Assembly: GCF_000143415.4 (NCBI RefSeq)
Contig: NW_003314315.1
Coordinates: 926,400-990,399 of the forward strand
Direction: 5' to 3'
Length of the DNA: 64,000 nucleotides
Source: Selaginella moellendorffii
Taxonomy: Eukaryota > Plantae > Lycopodiophyta
In this document: one piece after another, positions 11,992 through 22,139 of the stretch
How the letters are laid out: each line of letters opens with the position of its first letter
How positions within the stretch are numbered: position 1 is the stretch's first letter
The notes under the pieces: generated by a model
Seen by the model: only the letters and a program-made list of their open reading frames with translations
Told to the model about the DNA's origin: nothing
The model's database searches: none
Position numbers and translations under genes: made by a program

Positions 11992-12920
11992 ATGGCGGTC
12001 ACGGAGGCGGAGAGCCGCATGGAAATGCTGAGCCGCCACCAGTAAGTCGCAGCTCTTAGCGTTGTTTTCGTGACGATGATGGTCGTGGCGGCAGGCAGGA
12101 GATCAAGGAGCTGCGAAATCGAGAGATCGAGCTCAAGAAGGCCGCCGCCAAGGGCAGCAAGGCGGAGCAAAAGGCCAAGAAGAAGGCGATCGAGGAAGAA
12201 ATCTCCGGGCAGGACGCGGCGATGAAGGAGCGGCAGGCCAGGGAGCTGGCTACGCTGGGGTTTGCGGGCAGCGAGGACACGAATGCCGGGCGGCTGGATG
12301 GATTGGTGAGGGCAATCGCGGGGGTCGGGGTCTCCTCTGCCGCCGCCGTGGCGGCGCCGCCAAGAATCTCCAAGGGGAAGAAGTGGCGGGATCGACGAGC
12401 GCAGCAGGACGCCGAGAGGGAGCAGCGCATCCAGGACGAACAGGCACTACTCGTGAGCGATCGCAAGGTGGAGGAGGATGTCCTCGCCGCCAAGCTCCAG
12501 CCGCTGGGATTGTCGCTCAAGGAGATCAAACCCGACGGGCATTGCTTGTACCGGGCGGTGGAAGATCAGCTCCAGCTCCATCCCAGTGCGCCCCAGTACT
12601 CGTTCCAGGAGCTCCGGAAGATCGCGGCGGGCTACATCCGCGAGCACCCAGAGGATTTCGTTCCATTCATTGGCGGCGATGTGGAGCTGGAGGATTACTG
12701 CCGGGAGATCGAATCGACCGCGGCCTGGGGAGGGCAATTGGAGCTCGAGGCGCTCTCTCACGCGCTCCAGAAGCACATCTTCGTGTTCTCGGCGGAGATG
12801 GCGATCGTGGAGATGGGCAGTGGGTTCCAGCGCGATGGGACGAATCCATCGATCAAGCTCTCGTATCACAAGCACGCGTTTGGATTGGGGGAGCACTACA
12901 ACTCCCTGGTTCCGGCGTGA
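11992..12920 (+). CDS. OTU-domain deubiquitinase (OTUD6B/Arabidopsis OTU5-like); intron 12042-12094
   Basis: MAVTEAESRMEMLSRHQ/QEIKELRNREIELKKAAAKGSKAEQKAKKK N-terminus; catalytic motifs PDGHCLYRAV, WGGQLEL, GEHYNS. Confidence 0.93.
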
Positions 12921-12957
12921 GGAAGAACGCGGGGAGAATTTTGGCGGGAAGAAGAGT

Positions 12958-13000
12958 GCCACGTGGCTGCTGACGTGCCCAATGGTCACGATTAGGGTTC
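12958..13000 (+). promoter_or_regulatory. G-box/ABRE pair plus telo-box-like motif; likely promoter of the downstream gene, overlapping the OTU 3' UTR
   Basis: GCCACGTGGC at 12958-12967, TGACGTG at 12971-12977, TAGGGTT near 12993. Confidence 0.5.
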
Positions 13001-13245
13001 TTCGTTTTCTTCATCAATGAAATATTTCGCGTGATCGTCGTCTTCTTCGTCGATTCTCTCCTCTGCCCTCCCACAGGTAAATCGATTCGTGCGCTGCGAG
13101 GACTCTCTGGATTGTAATCGGTGTTTTCTTGCAGCGTTGCGGCAGCGATGCGCGTCCAATCGATTTCTTGTTGATTCGATCTTCCCTGTGGTACGTAGCG
13201 ATCGGGCACGAGAATGCCGTCAATCCTTGCTCTCTGTGCTTGTAG

Positions 13246-16200
13246 ATGGAAGAAGGGACGCCGATTCTCGAATCCTTCACGCAAAGCGTCGCGGATGGGC
13301 CGTCCCAGCCGCTGGTTCGCAAGCTCATGTCCCTGATGCTCTCGGAGCCGTCCTCGATCCCTCCCATCCAAGATCTCGGCGACGCCAGTGGATTCCTCCT
13401 CGTCGAAGCTCCCGCTGGTGGAACATCGAGGCTCGGAGCTTTAGACGTAGTGGAAGACATCGCTCAAACGGCCGGGTGCCCGGTGGAGGACATGGAGAAC
13501 GTTGTCCAGTCGGGGTTCCGGTTCGCTGGATCCGAGGGGTGCTGCGATTCTCCAAGAGTGGAGAGTTACTTCTCGGAGAGCCAGATCCCAGCAGACCTCG
13601 CGGACAAAGTTCCCATCGATTTCCTCCACGCCATCAACAATGTGCTCGACACCAGGGTCGTCCCAGTGCCAAAGGGCCATCACCACCATCACCACCACGG
13701 CCATGGTAGACGAAGATCTGCAAGGAAGCGAGCTCCGCCAGCTTTGTCACTCGGGAACAAAGAGCTTGTTCTTCCTCGCGAGGAAGAACAAGGTGGCGGT
13801 GGCACAGGTTTCGCGAGCACGGACTATGCACAGGAGATGGTGACGAGGAGGCTGGATAGATTGGAGGAGATTTGCTTGCGGACCGAGTCCTACGTCCAGA
13901 TGGTTCTCGGGACGATGGACAAGAGGCTCCAGCTCCTCGAGGGCGACGCGATATCTAGGTGCACACAGGATTCCATGACTTCTCCGAGGTTTCCAGGAGG
14001 AAGTTTTTCGTGCGAAGCCGGGACTTTCGTTACTCCGGAGATGCTCATGGTCCAGTCTCCTCGTCTGGACAGGATATCTCTGTTTGCTACTGATGTAGCA
14101 GCGTCGGCTGGGTTGGAGGTGTCTTGCCAGGCTTCCGAGGATTCAGCGCTCGTTCTCTCGACTCCGGTTCCATCCGTTTTGCAGCCGTCCGAGTATCCGT
14201 TTGCTACTCTTGCTGGAGAGCGGCCGGAGATCACCGCAGCGGTGGTTCCTTCAACTCCAAATACAGGGGACGAGATAACAACGATGCACAGGCAGGAGGA
14301 CGAAGGGACTTCCGAGAGGCCACTGGTTGCTGCGATCGCTGTTTTCTCTCTTGCTCCCGATGATCCCGGCCGGAGTGGAGAGAGTCCGGTGGATGCACTC
14401 CTGAGCGAACCAGTTTTGACGTGGGAGAACGAGGGATTTCCCTACCTTCGTCCAGCTTACCAGGTGGAGTTGGAGCCTCGGCCGAGGGACACCACTGTGC
14501 TGACATGGGACGCTGCTCGGTACTTGGTTCCCGAGTCGACAAGTAGTGAAGACGAGCGTGCTACTTGTCACTCCAGCGAGGAAGCATTCACCTTCTGCAA
14601 TCTAGACGACGAACCGAGGCGGCTCAAGGAGGACACTGAGATGCTGAGCGAGGTTTCGTCTCTCCTCCAGAATATATGCGCCGACCTGGAAGCTTACGGC
14701 GTTCCGGAGGATGAAAGAACCATCGAGCGCTGTCGTCACTGTCGTTTCGGCCCAGCTTGCATCAAAGACCAGGAGGAGATCATCTCAGTTCTCGAGGAGA
14801 TGTTCACGAGGCTGACATACTGCCCGCATCCCGAGGACGTCCTCATGAGTGTTTTACCAGTCTCAGGAGCTCTCTCGACAAAAGCTTCGGTAGACGAAGT
14901 TGCGTTTGCTCCAGCAGCGGCTTCCAGTCGAGAGCGTGTTATAGATGGAGTTCAGTACGCGCAGCTGCCTCAGCAAGAAGACGTAGACGAGATCAGCTCA
15001 ACGAAAACCGAGCGGAGTTTTGAGATTTTTCCTTTGGAAGGCAGCACCAGTCCAAGGGTGGCACTCTCGTTCATTCAGGAAGACGGCATGCCCTCGGAGG
15101 TCGAGCAAGCTCCGCAGCACATGAAGATTGAAATGCCACCTCCGAAGCAGGATGCTCCGAACGACCCTTTGGCTCTTCACGTTGCGATTGCTCCCAAGGA
15201 AATCAAGGTGGTGCCGGAGGACGAGCCCGGCGCAGAAGAAGTGGCGCCCTCGGTTATCCAGGACATCTCCGTCACACTCGAAGGATCTTACAGTCAACCC
15301 GTCGTTCACGAGAACGATGTCGTCGGGGACAACGCAGCCGAAAGTCGAGAAGTTGTGGCCGTTTCAAGGGACCAGCTGCAGCTTTCTGGTGACGTATTTG
15401 CGGACTACACGTTGAAGGTTGTTCCCCGGCCAGAGCAGCAACAGGAAGGAGCCCCCTTGGTTGTAAGCCAGGACAACAAGATGGTGATCAACGAGGAGGA
15501 GGTTTCATCCGTGATACACGAGCTGTGCTTCGGCCTGGACGTTCCTTCGCGTGCAACTCAGGCTGACAAAAGCAAAGAACCGGAGCTCCCGTTGCAAATC
15601 GCCATTGCATTAACTGGAAGCGGTAGTGGTGCCAGCGATCACAGCATGGTGGCGCGGACGTCAGTGGAGGACATATCCAGCTCTGAGGCATCCTCGTCAA
15701 CTCAGCAGCAAAAGGAAATTGCGTCCATCATTCTCAACCTCGAAGCGCTCCAAAAGAGTGAGGAAAGGCCCATGACGTTCAACTGGGAAGGCGTTCCCGC
15801 GGCAAGCGAATGCGACGACATACCTTGCGTGCTCAAGGTTGAGGAGAAGAAGGTGGCGGCTGCAAACGACGAGTTCACTTCTGTTCACCAGGAAGTCCGC
15901 ATCTCGCTGGAGGTTCCCACGGAGACGAGAAGCGAAGCTGCTGGCCCGGGTGTTCAGATCGGCATTGCTGTGAAGTCTGTGCCGAAGAGAGCTGGTGACG
16001 AAGAGAACGCCATATACACAGTCGAGATACCCGACGACACGGACTTTGAGAAAGTGCCACTGAGCGAGATGGCTCCCGTCGAGCGAGAGGCAGAGCCCGC
16101 AATTGAGGAGCTAGTGCCTCTGACAAAAGCAGCCGCGTCGCCCGCGAAGACACTGGTCGTCGAGAACAGAAGCTTGGGAGACGAGCTGTTGCTGGAGTCG

Positions 16201-17841
16201 ATTCTAGCTCCTCCGCCATCTCCTGGCGAAGCCGCTCCGGAGACGCATGACTTTGTGGTGAAAGAGGAGAAGAAGGCTGAGGAAGAATGGGTGATCGATA
16301 CGAGTTTTCTTCCAAAGGAGAACTCCCACAAAGTCGAGGCTAAGGTGCCAAAGACAGTGCTCAAAGGGGTGACAACGAAAGATCTCATCCGCGGCTCGCT
16401 CCATTTCGACGGGAAAGCCTGCTTGCTCTCGATCTCGACCGACGATATCTGGACAACCGAGGATATGTGCCAGGCGCCAGTGCCAGGCGCCGCAGGGAAA
16501 GAGAAGTCGTCGCTACCATTCTTGGCGGACAAAGGTCCTGGCTTGCGGAACGGTGCTGAGCCTCTGATACGGGAGATCCCTGCATGGCTTGGAGACGTGC
16601 TTATCGACGAGGTGAAACAAGCTTGTGCCGGCAGCGCAAAGGAGGCTTTTGGATTCGGGGGAGGGAAGCAGCAGCAGCAGCAGCAGCAGGCCGGCATCCA
16701 GCGTCAAGTGCTTGGATTTCGGAGCTTGCCAGGAAGGCAGTTCAGGCCTGGCCAGCCAAAACCAGCTCAAGAGGCCGCGTTTGGGTTTCGCAGCCTGCCT
16801 CCGAAGTCGGGGAGGCCACCTTTGCCAACAGCAGTCGCAGCGGTGAAGCCCAGCATCTCAGTCACTGTTCCGGTTTCCAGCGACGGTTTCGCAGACTGGG
16901 ACTCGACGCTCTCGCTAGTCACCAGGAGTGGTAGTCCACCACAGTCACTAGCGCAGCAGGAGCAGGCAGACCCGACGAAGCCAAGAGTTCCGGACTCTCC
17001 AGGCGCTCGCTCCTGCATCATCAACAGGCCGAGCGAGCTTGGTAGCAGGAGCAGCGGCGTTGGGGGTGACGGCAGCGCTAGCACACTGGCCGTGGAGGCG
17101 GAATTCGAGCAGGAGGCTCAAGCGCCGGCAAAGACGATCATTTCGGACGCAGCATCGGCCTCGACACCGTCACAGACGACACCAACGTCGACGCTAACTC
17201 TGGAGCAGACCTCGTCGCCTCTACCTCTTCCTCCGGCAGCGAAGATGGCTCTAGACTTACTGGACGCGGGCAGTGGCGACGAATCGTCCGGGGAAGCACA
17301 GCAAGCAGCTTGGAGCAGTGACGGACTCCATGTCCTGCCGCTGGACGCGCTACAAGAGGAGACGTTCTTTGACGCTCTCGAGTGCTCGGGTAAGCCTCAT
17401 CTTCATTACAACAACAGGAAGTGTAGAGGCACACTAAGGCTGGTGGGCTTTGTCATCAACATGGTGGTGGTGATCATCGTCTGCACGATGGTGATCTCGC
17501 ATCATCGTCGTAGTGTTAGAGAACAGGAGGACGTGAATGCTTTGATTCTCACAGATTTTTGGTTTGAGCAGCGGCTGGAAGAGGCGGTGGTGGTACCAAC
17601 AGTAACAATGGCAAGATCAAGCGCTACCTCAAGGACAAGCTGTGGAACAAATTCTCGTGCTATGGCGTTGGGCTCCCAGAGTCGGATTCTTCGGACGCGG
17701 GCATGCCGTGCCATCACCACAGGATTCTCGCAAACAATTCTTAAAACATATCGAAATCTAATTCCGCTTGCCATACTAAAGTGTCCATGTCAAGCACAGA
17801 TTTTCCTGACGTGCAACAACCAGGAAGAAAATCACCGCTAG
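13246..17841 (+). CDS. Large acidic, low-complexity uncharacterised protein (one >4-kb exon; 3' end probably spliced)
   Basis: 1531-codon ORF with a short coiled coil (RRLDRLEEICLRTESY...MDKRLQLLE), His6 and polyQ tracts. Donor G/GTAAG near 17390 suggests the true C-terminus differs. Confidence 0.7.
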   Translation: MEEGTPILESFTQSVADGPSQPLVRKLMSLMLSEPSSIPPIQDLGDASGFLLVEAPAGGTSRLGALDVVEDIAQTAGCPVEDMENVVQSGFRFAGSEGCCDSPRVESYFSESQIPADLADKVPIDFLHAINNVLDTRVVPVPKGHHHHHHHGHGRRRSARKRAPPALSLGNKELVLPREEEQGGGGTGFASTDYAQEMVTRRLDRLEEICLRTESYVQMVLGTMDKRLQLLEGDAISRCTQDSMTSPRFPGGSFSCEAGTFVTPEMLMVQSPRLDRISLFATDVAASAGLEVSCQASEDSALVLSTPVPSVLQPSEYPFATLAGERPEITAAVVPSTPNTGDEITTMHRQEDEGTSERPLVAAIAVFSLAPDDPGRSGESPVDALLSEPVLTWENEGFPYLRPAYQVELEPRPRDTTVLTWDAARYLVPESTSSEDERATCHSSEEAFTFCNLDDEPRRLKEDTEMLSEVSSLLQNICADLEAYGVPEDERTIERCRHCRFGPACIKDQEEIISVLEEMFTRLTYCPHPEDVLMSVLPVSGALSTKASVDEVAFAPAAASSRERVIDGVQYAQLPQQEDVDEISSTKTERSFEIFPLEGSTSPRVALSFIQEDGMPSEVEQAPQHMKIEMPPPKQDAPNDPLALHVAIAPKEIKVVPEDEPGAEEVAPSVIQDISVTLEGSYSQPVVHENDVVGDNAAESREVVAVSRDQLQLSGDVFADYTLKVVPRPEQQQEGAPLVVSQDNKMVINEEEVSSVIHELCFGLDVPSRATQADKSKEPELPLQIAIALTGSGSGASDHSMVARTSVEDISSSEASSSTQQQKEIASIILNLEALQKSEERPMTFNWEGVPAASECDDIPCVLKVEEKKVAAANDEFTSVHQEVRISLEVPTETRSEAAGPGVQIGIAVKSVPKRAGDEENAIYTVEIPDDTDFEKVPLSEMAPVEREAEPAIEELVPLTKAAASPAKTLVVENRSLGDELLLESILAPPPSPGEAAPETHDFVVKEEKKAEEEWVIDTSFLPKENSHKVEAKVPKTVLKGVTTKDLIRGSLHFDGKACLLSISTDDIWTTEDMCQAPVPGAAGKEKSSLPFLADKGPGLRNGAEPLIREIPAWLGDVLIDEVKQACAGSAKEAFGFGGGKQQQQQQQAGIQRQVLGFRSLPGRQFRPGQPKPAQEAAFGFRSLPPKSGRPPLPTAVAAVKPSISVTVPVSSDGFADWDSTLSLVTRSGSPPQSLAQQEQADPTKPRVPDSPGARSCIINRPSELGSRSSGVGGDGSASTLAVEAEFEQEAQAPAKTIISDAASASTPSQTTPTSTLTLEQTSSPLPLPPAAKMALDLLDAGSGDESSGEAQQAAWSSDGLHVLPLDALQEETFFDALECSGKPHLHYNNRKCRGTLRLVGFVINMVVVIIVCTMVISHHRRSVREQEDVNALILTDFWFEQRLEEAVVVPTVTMARSSATSRTSCGTNSRAMALGSQSRILRTRACRAITTGFSQTILKTYRNLIPLAILKCPCQAQIFLTCNNQEENHR

Positions 17842-18491
17842 CCTGAGCATAGACTGGGAATAGATGCTATAAAGATCAAATCAAATCGTCACCCAAGTTC
17901 TACGGGATGGTCAGGGATTGCTACTGTTCCACTAAAGAAATGGTTTTCATGAACCAGTTTTGCCACGTGAATTTTCACGTCTGTAATTTCGTACCCTAGA
18001 CTCTCTCTAATATCCATCGAATTCACTCGCTAGATTTATCAAATTTAAATTGATTAATTTAATCTTTCAAAGTTTCAGCTAAGGTAGAAAAGAAAATATA
18101 GTGATATCTATAGCCTATCCAAAATCGTCACAAGATCAGAAGCTTCTAACATATAACTAAAGCACCCTCTCATTGCTGTTTTGTTACCTTGGTTAGTTGC
18201 CTCAACCATTGGGCACTATCAATTTTAATGAGGTGTGTTGCAATTTTATCCATTTATCCATATTGATTATTGTTAAAAAAATTATATGAGATTAATCTGG
18301 ACCTATATCTTTTGCATATTTTCATTTTCCTATTTATCTAATTAGCTTTTATATATATGTGTATGTATGTGTGAGTGCTTGAGGAATAGGTATATTAATT
18401 AGCCTGCTTATATATAAAAATGGATGGACCAGATTTAGTCCCAAATAAATGGTCTATATATTATAGTAATATAATTAGTGGCCAGGGTAAT

Positions 18492-18493
<2 letters not shown>

Positions 18494-18527
<34 letters not shown>
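18494..18527. repeat. (TA)n microsatellite
   Basis: Direct reading. Confidence 0.95.
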
Positions 18528-18530
<3 letters not shown>

Positions 18531-19504
18531 CAAACCTTACACCATCCTCCCCTCCAAAAGATAAAAGGATAATGATAATAAGTTAGATGGAACATCTAAA
18601 GTTTATGTTAGGCAAATATAAATTACCACAAAAATCTGAAATTCCCACAAAACTATCAACAAAATTGTTGATAACTATGACTGATTTTACAACTAAATCT
18701 TGCAAAAAACTAATATAGATTTAAATGTAAAAGAGAATAAAGAAATAAAAACAAAAAAGTACAATCACAAACATTAAAGTAAAGTACTACCCTTCAATTC
18801 CATCAATGTGAATGTTCCCGATATAAAAATAAATATATTAATTAGGATTTAAGCCTTTACTTATATACAAGAATGGATGGATTACATTCAATCTCAAATA
18901 GGTGTGCTATAGTATTATACTAGATATATATACATATACATATTTACAAACCTTATATATATATATATATATAAAACACTATTTAAATATTTTTTAACCA
19001 CATTTGTCATGGATTTCATAGACTTTATTCAATATTTTAGATATATACTTATAAAATAGAAAATTGAACAAGACATTAAAATTTTTTATGCATGTAAATA
19101 TCAAAATATATAAAATATTATTAAATATTAAGAATAGGAATTAATTTTTTAAATGCTGATGTTTTGAAATAACTAAATTTATTACTAGAATAGCTTTTTT
19201 AAATTTAATTTTTTAAAATATAATTTTGATAATATTTGTAAAGTACTTATTAGAATAGTAAATGTCAAATTATATAAAATTTATATATAAAAATTAACTT
19301 TGAATTCTTTTAAAAAATTTAATACACAAAAATGGAAATCCAATAATGCCCATTGTGGTATTCAACAATGAAGAAACTGTTATTGAATGTTTTATTAAAA
19401 TTTTAATTTTATTGATCTTAAATTAATTAATTTTTAAATTTTAAATTTTTTTAAAAAATTAATTATTATTTTCTTAACACTTTATGTGTTTGAATCTATC
19501 TTAT

Positions 19505-19582
19505 ATTTATATATATATATATTTTTATATATATATATATTTTTATATATATATATATTTTTATATATATATATATATATAT
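19505..19582. repeat. Compound (TA)n microsatellite interrupted periodically by T runs
   Basis: Blocks of (TA)6-10 separated by ttttt. Confidence 0.9.
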
Positions 19583-19712
19583 TATTCATGAAACATAATT
19601 TGTTTAATTTTGTCATGGAATCCAAATAAACCTAAGTCCATTTTAATGAAAAACTTACTATTTTGATCATGAGGTTAGCGCCAAATTTCAAACCAACATC
19701 AAATCGGCGGCT

Positions 19713-20498
19713 ATGAAGGAGGAGAGCGTTTTCCAGTTCCTGGTGTGGATCCAATTCGTGCGCGCGGCGCTCAGCTTCCGGAGGCCCGTGGGAATCCGGA
19801 CGTATGGCCGCCATCTCACGCCGCGGCTCTCGGCCCTGCCCACGCTTCCCTCGCATCTGGGCTGGCTCCTCATGGAAGCGCCCACGCTCCTCGTCCCCGC
19901 CCTAATCTTCCACCGAGGTAAGCACGCCGCCACCGCCGCCCCACGGCTCCTCCTCCTCCTCTTTCTCGCCCACTACTTCCATCGCACCCTCCTCTATCCC
20001 CTCCGCCTCAGCCGCCGCTCCTCCTCCTCCACGCCAATGCCGCTTGTCACCGCCGTTCTCGCCGCGCTCTTCAACGCCCTCAACACCTACATTCAACTGC
20101 GCTGGATCTCCCACTTTGGATTCTACCCGGAGCGATGGATTCGCAGCGCCCAGTTTGCGATCGGCGCATTCCTGTTCGTGGCGGGCATGGCGATCAACAT
20201 CTGGGCAGACGGCGTGCTCATCGCGCTGAGAAAACAAAGATCTTCCGCCAAGGATAGTGTGTCGTACAGGGTTCCGTACGGGGGGCTGTACGAGTTTGTG
20301 TCATGCCCAAACTACCTGGGCGAGATTGTGGAGTGGCTGGGATGGGCCATACTGACGTGGTCGCCAGCGGGGTTGGGCTTCTTCCTCTACACCGTTGCCA
20401 CGCTGGCGCCACGTGCCTGCGCGCATCACCGTTGGTACGTGGACAAGTTCCCCGACTATCCGCGCGGGAGAACACCGCTGATTCCTTTCCTCTGTTAA
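19713..20498 (+). CDS. DET2: Steroid 5-alpha-reductase (brassinosteroid biosynthesis), intronless
   Basis: YGRH, GWLLMEAPT, HYFHRTLLYPLR, GGLYEFVSCPNYLGEIVEWLGWA, HHRWY...YPRGRTPLIPF. Confidence 0.93.
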   Translation: MKEESVFQFLVWIQFVRAALSFRRPVGIRTYGRHLTPRLSALPTLPSHLGWLLMEAPTLLVPALIFHRGKHAATAAPRLLLLLFLAHYFHRTLLYPLRLSRRSSSSTPMPLVTAVLAALFNALNTYIQLRWISHFGFYPERWIRSAQFAIGAFLFVAGMAINIWADGVLIALRKQRSSAKDSVSYRVPYGGLYEFVSCPNYLGEIVEWLGWAILTWSPAGLGFFLYTVATLAPRACAHHRWYVDKFPDYPRGRTPLIPFLC

Positions 20499-20595
20499 CA
20501 TTGGCTCTCGTATTTAATCAAGAGAGAACTACACTAGAGGCTGCTATTTCAGCTAAACTGCAAGATAGAAACACTCCATGTCTATAGTTTTAAGT

Positions 20596-21666
20596 TTACT
20601 CGCTCTTCTTTGCGCTGCGAGGGATCTTGCTGAGAACGTTTGCATCGACTTTGGAGTACTGCTTCTTGGCCTCTTCAAACAGCTTGCCGATCATGGCTTC
20701 GATCTCGTCCTGGTACTTGTCGTAGATTACTGGAATCGTGTGAGCTCCGACCACCACTGTTTGATTGAGCAAATCGAAGCAGTTTCAATCAGATCTGGAA
20801 TCCAAAACAACGATTTTTTTTATAAGAACTTACAGATGTAGACAAGGGTGATGAAGTTAAACCACGCGCCGAGCTTGGAGAGGATCCACAACACCACTGT
20901 CACCTAGAACAAACAGTCACGAGCACAATGCTTTGGTTTCTCTCGGTTTTTTCACTCCAAACTTAAAGAAAGGCACTCCTTTTTTCTACCTTGAGGAAGA
21001 CTCTGAAGTCCTTGCCAATAGCAACATCGTGAGCTGCGAGAAGGGCCTTGTTGATCTCTACACGGAGAGTGGCGGCGGAGTCGTGCACCATTTCTTCCGT
21101 GAGAACGATCTCGGGGATTGGAGGTGGAGGCCTAGAAACCAAAAGAGAAAAGAATGAGAACTTTTCAATCGAATGAAATGATCTTAGATCCTTAGAGGAA
21201 GATCCAGAAAACCAAAGCGTTGTTTTCTACTTGCCTGTGGAGCAGCGATGCGATGGTCGCCCACAAAAAGAGGATGACAATGAGGAAGAGCAAAACATTG
21301 CAAACGAGCGATAGCAATGTATAGCCCGACCACTCAAAGAGAAACCACGCCACTGTTGACCCAACGAGGAGGCTCGTGGAGACGTTCTTTTGCTTCCACA
21401 GGAGAACATTGGCGCCTGGCAATAGAGATCATCAAACACAGCAGATGTGAGCGCGCATCGATCGATCGATCACGGCATTGGAATATCTGATCTATCTAGT
21501 GTATAAATCCCTCTCCCTCTCGATCGATCTTACATTTGCCGCCTCCCAGGAGCTCGTGGACGTTCTTCTTGCCCGATGCCTTTGGCGGCGGCGCCTGGGG
21601 CGCGCTCTGGAAGGAGTCAATCACGCTGTGGACCGCGGAGCTCACTTGATCGGCGAGGTCCGCCAT
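20596..21666 (-). CDS. Reticulon-like protein B (5 exons)
   Basis: Spliced product: VHELLGGGK/GANVLLWKQK...YTLLSLVCN...LHR/PPPPIPEIVL...GKDFRVFLK/VTVVLWILSKLGAWFNFITLVYI/...HTIPVIYDKYQDEIE...KKSE. Confidence 0.92.
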
Positions 21667-22139
21667 GGCCAAGGACAAGAACGAATGATACCCAAAATGT
21701 TACGAGCTTTTTTTCCGGGGCATTAAACGAGATTCACTGGCCGCCCATCTACTACCGTCCATTCCCGGGACTTTCCATTTGGGAAGAATCCAGCAAATGG
21801 GGTCGTCGATTGGCGGGCACGTCGCGGATGCCGTCCGTTTGAGATCCGGGGCAATCATGACGAAGGCTAGTCGCCGGCACAGTCAACGAGGTCGCTGGGG
21901 CCGTTGGATTCTGGAATCTGGAAATGGATCTGGTCCGCTGAATTGCCAGGTGGAAATTCCATCGGCGGCATTTGATTTGAAAAGAGAATGCCGTCTACTC
22001 TTTTCTCGACAGTCAAACGCGGTGAGCCCTAGCCCCGCGTCGCGGAAATGGCGTCGTGATAGCGAGCGCCATGGCGCCTTCATCCGATCCAGCGGAGGAG
22101 GAGGTATCTTATAGCTGATCAGGCTCCAGGGATTTCTCC

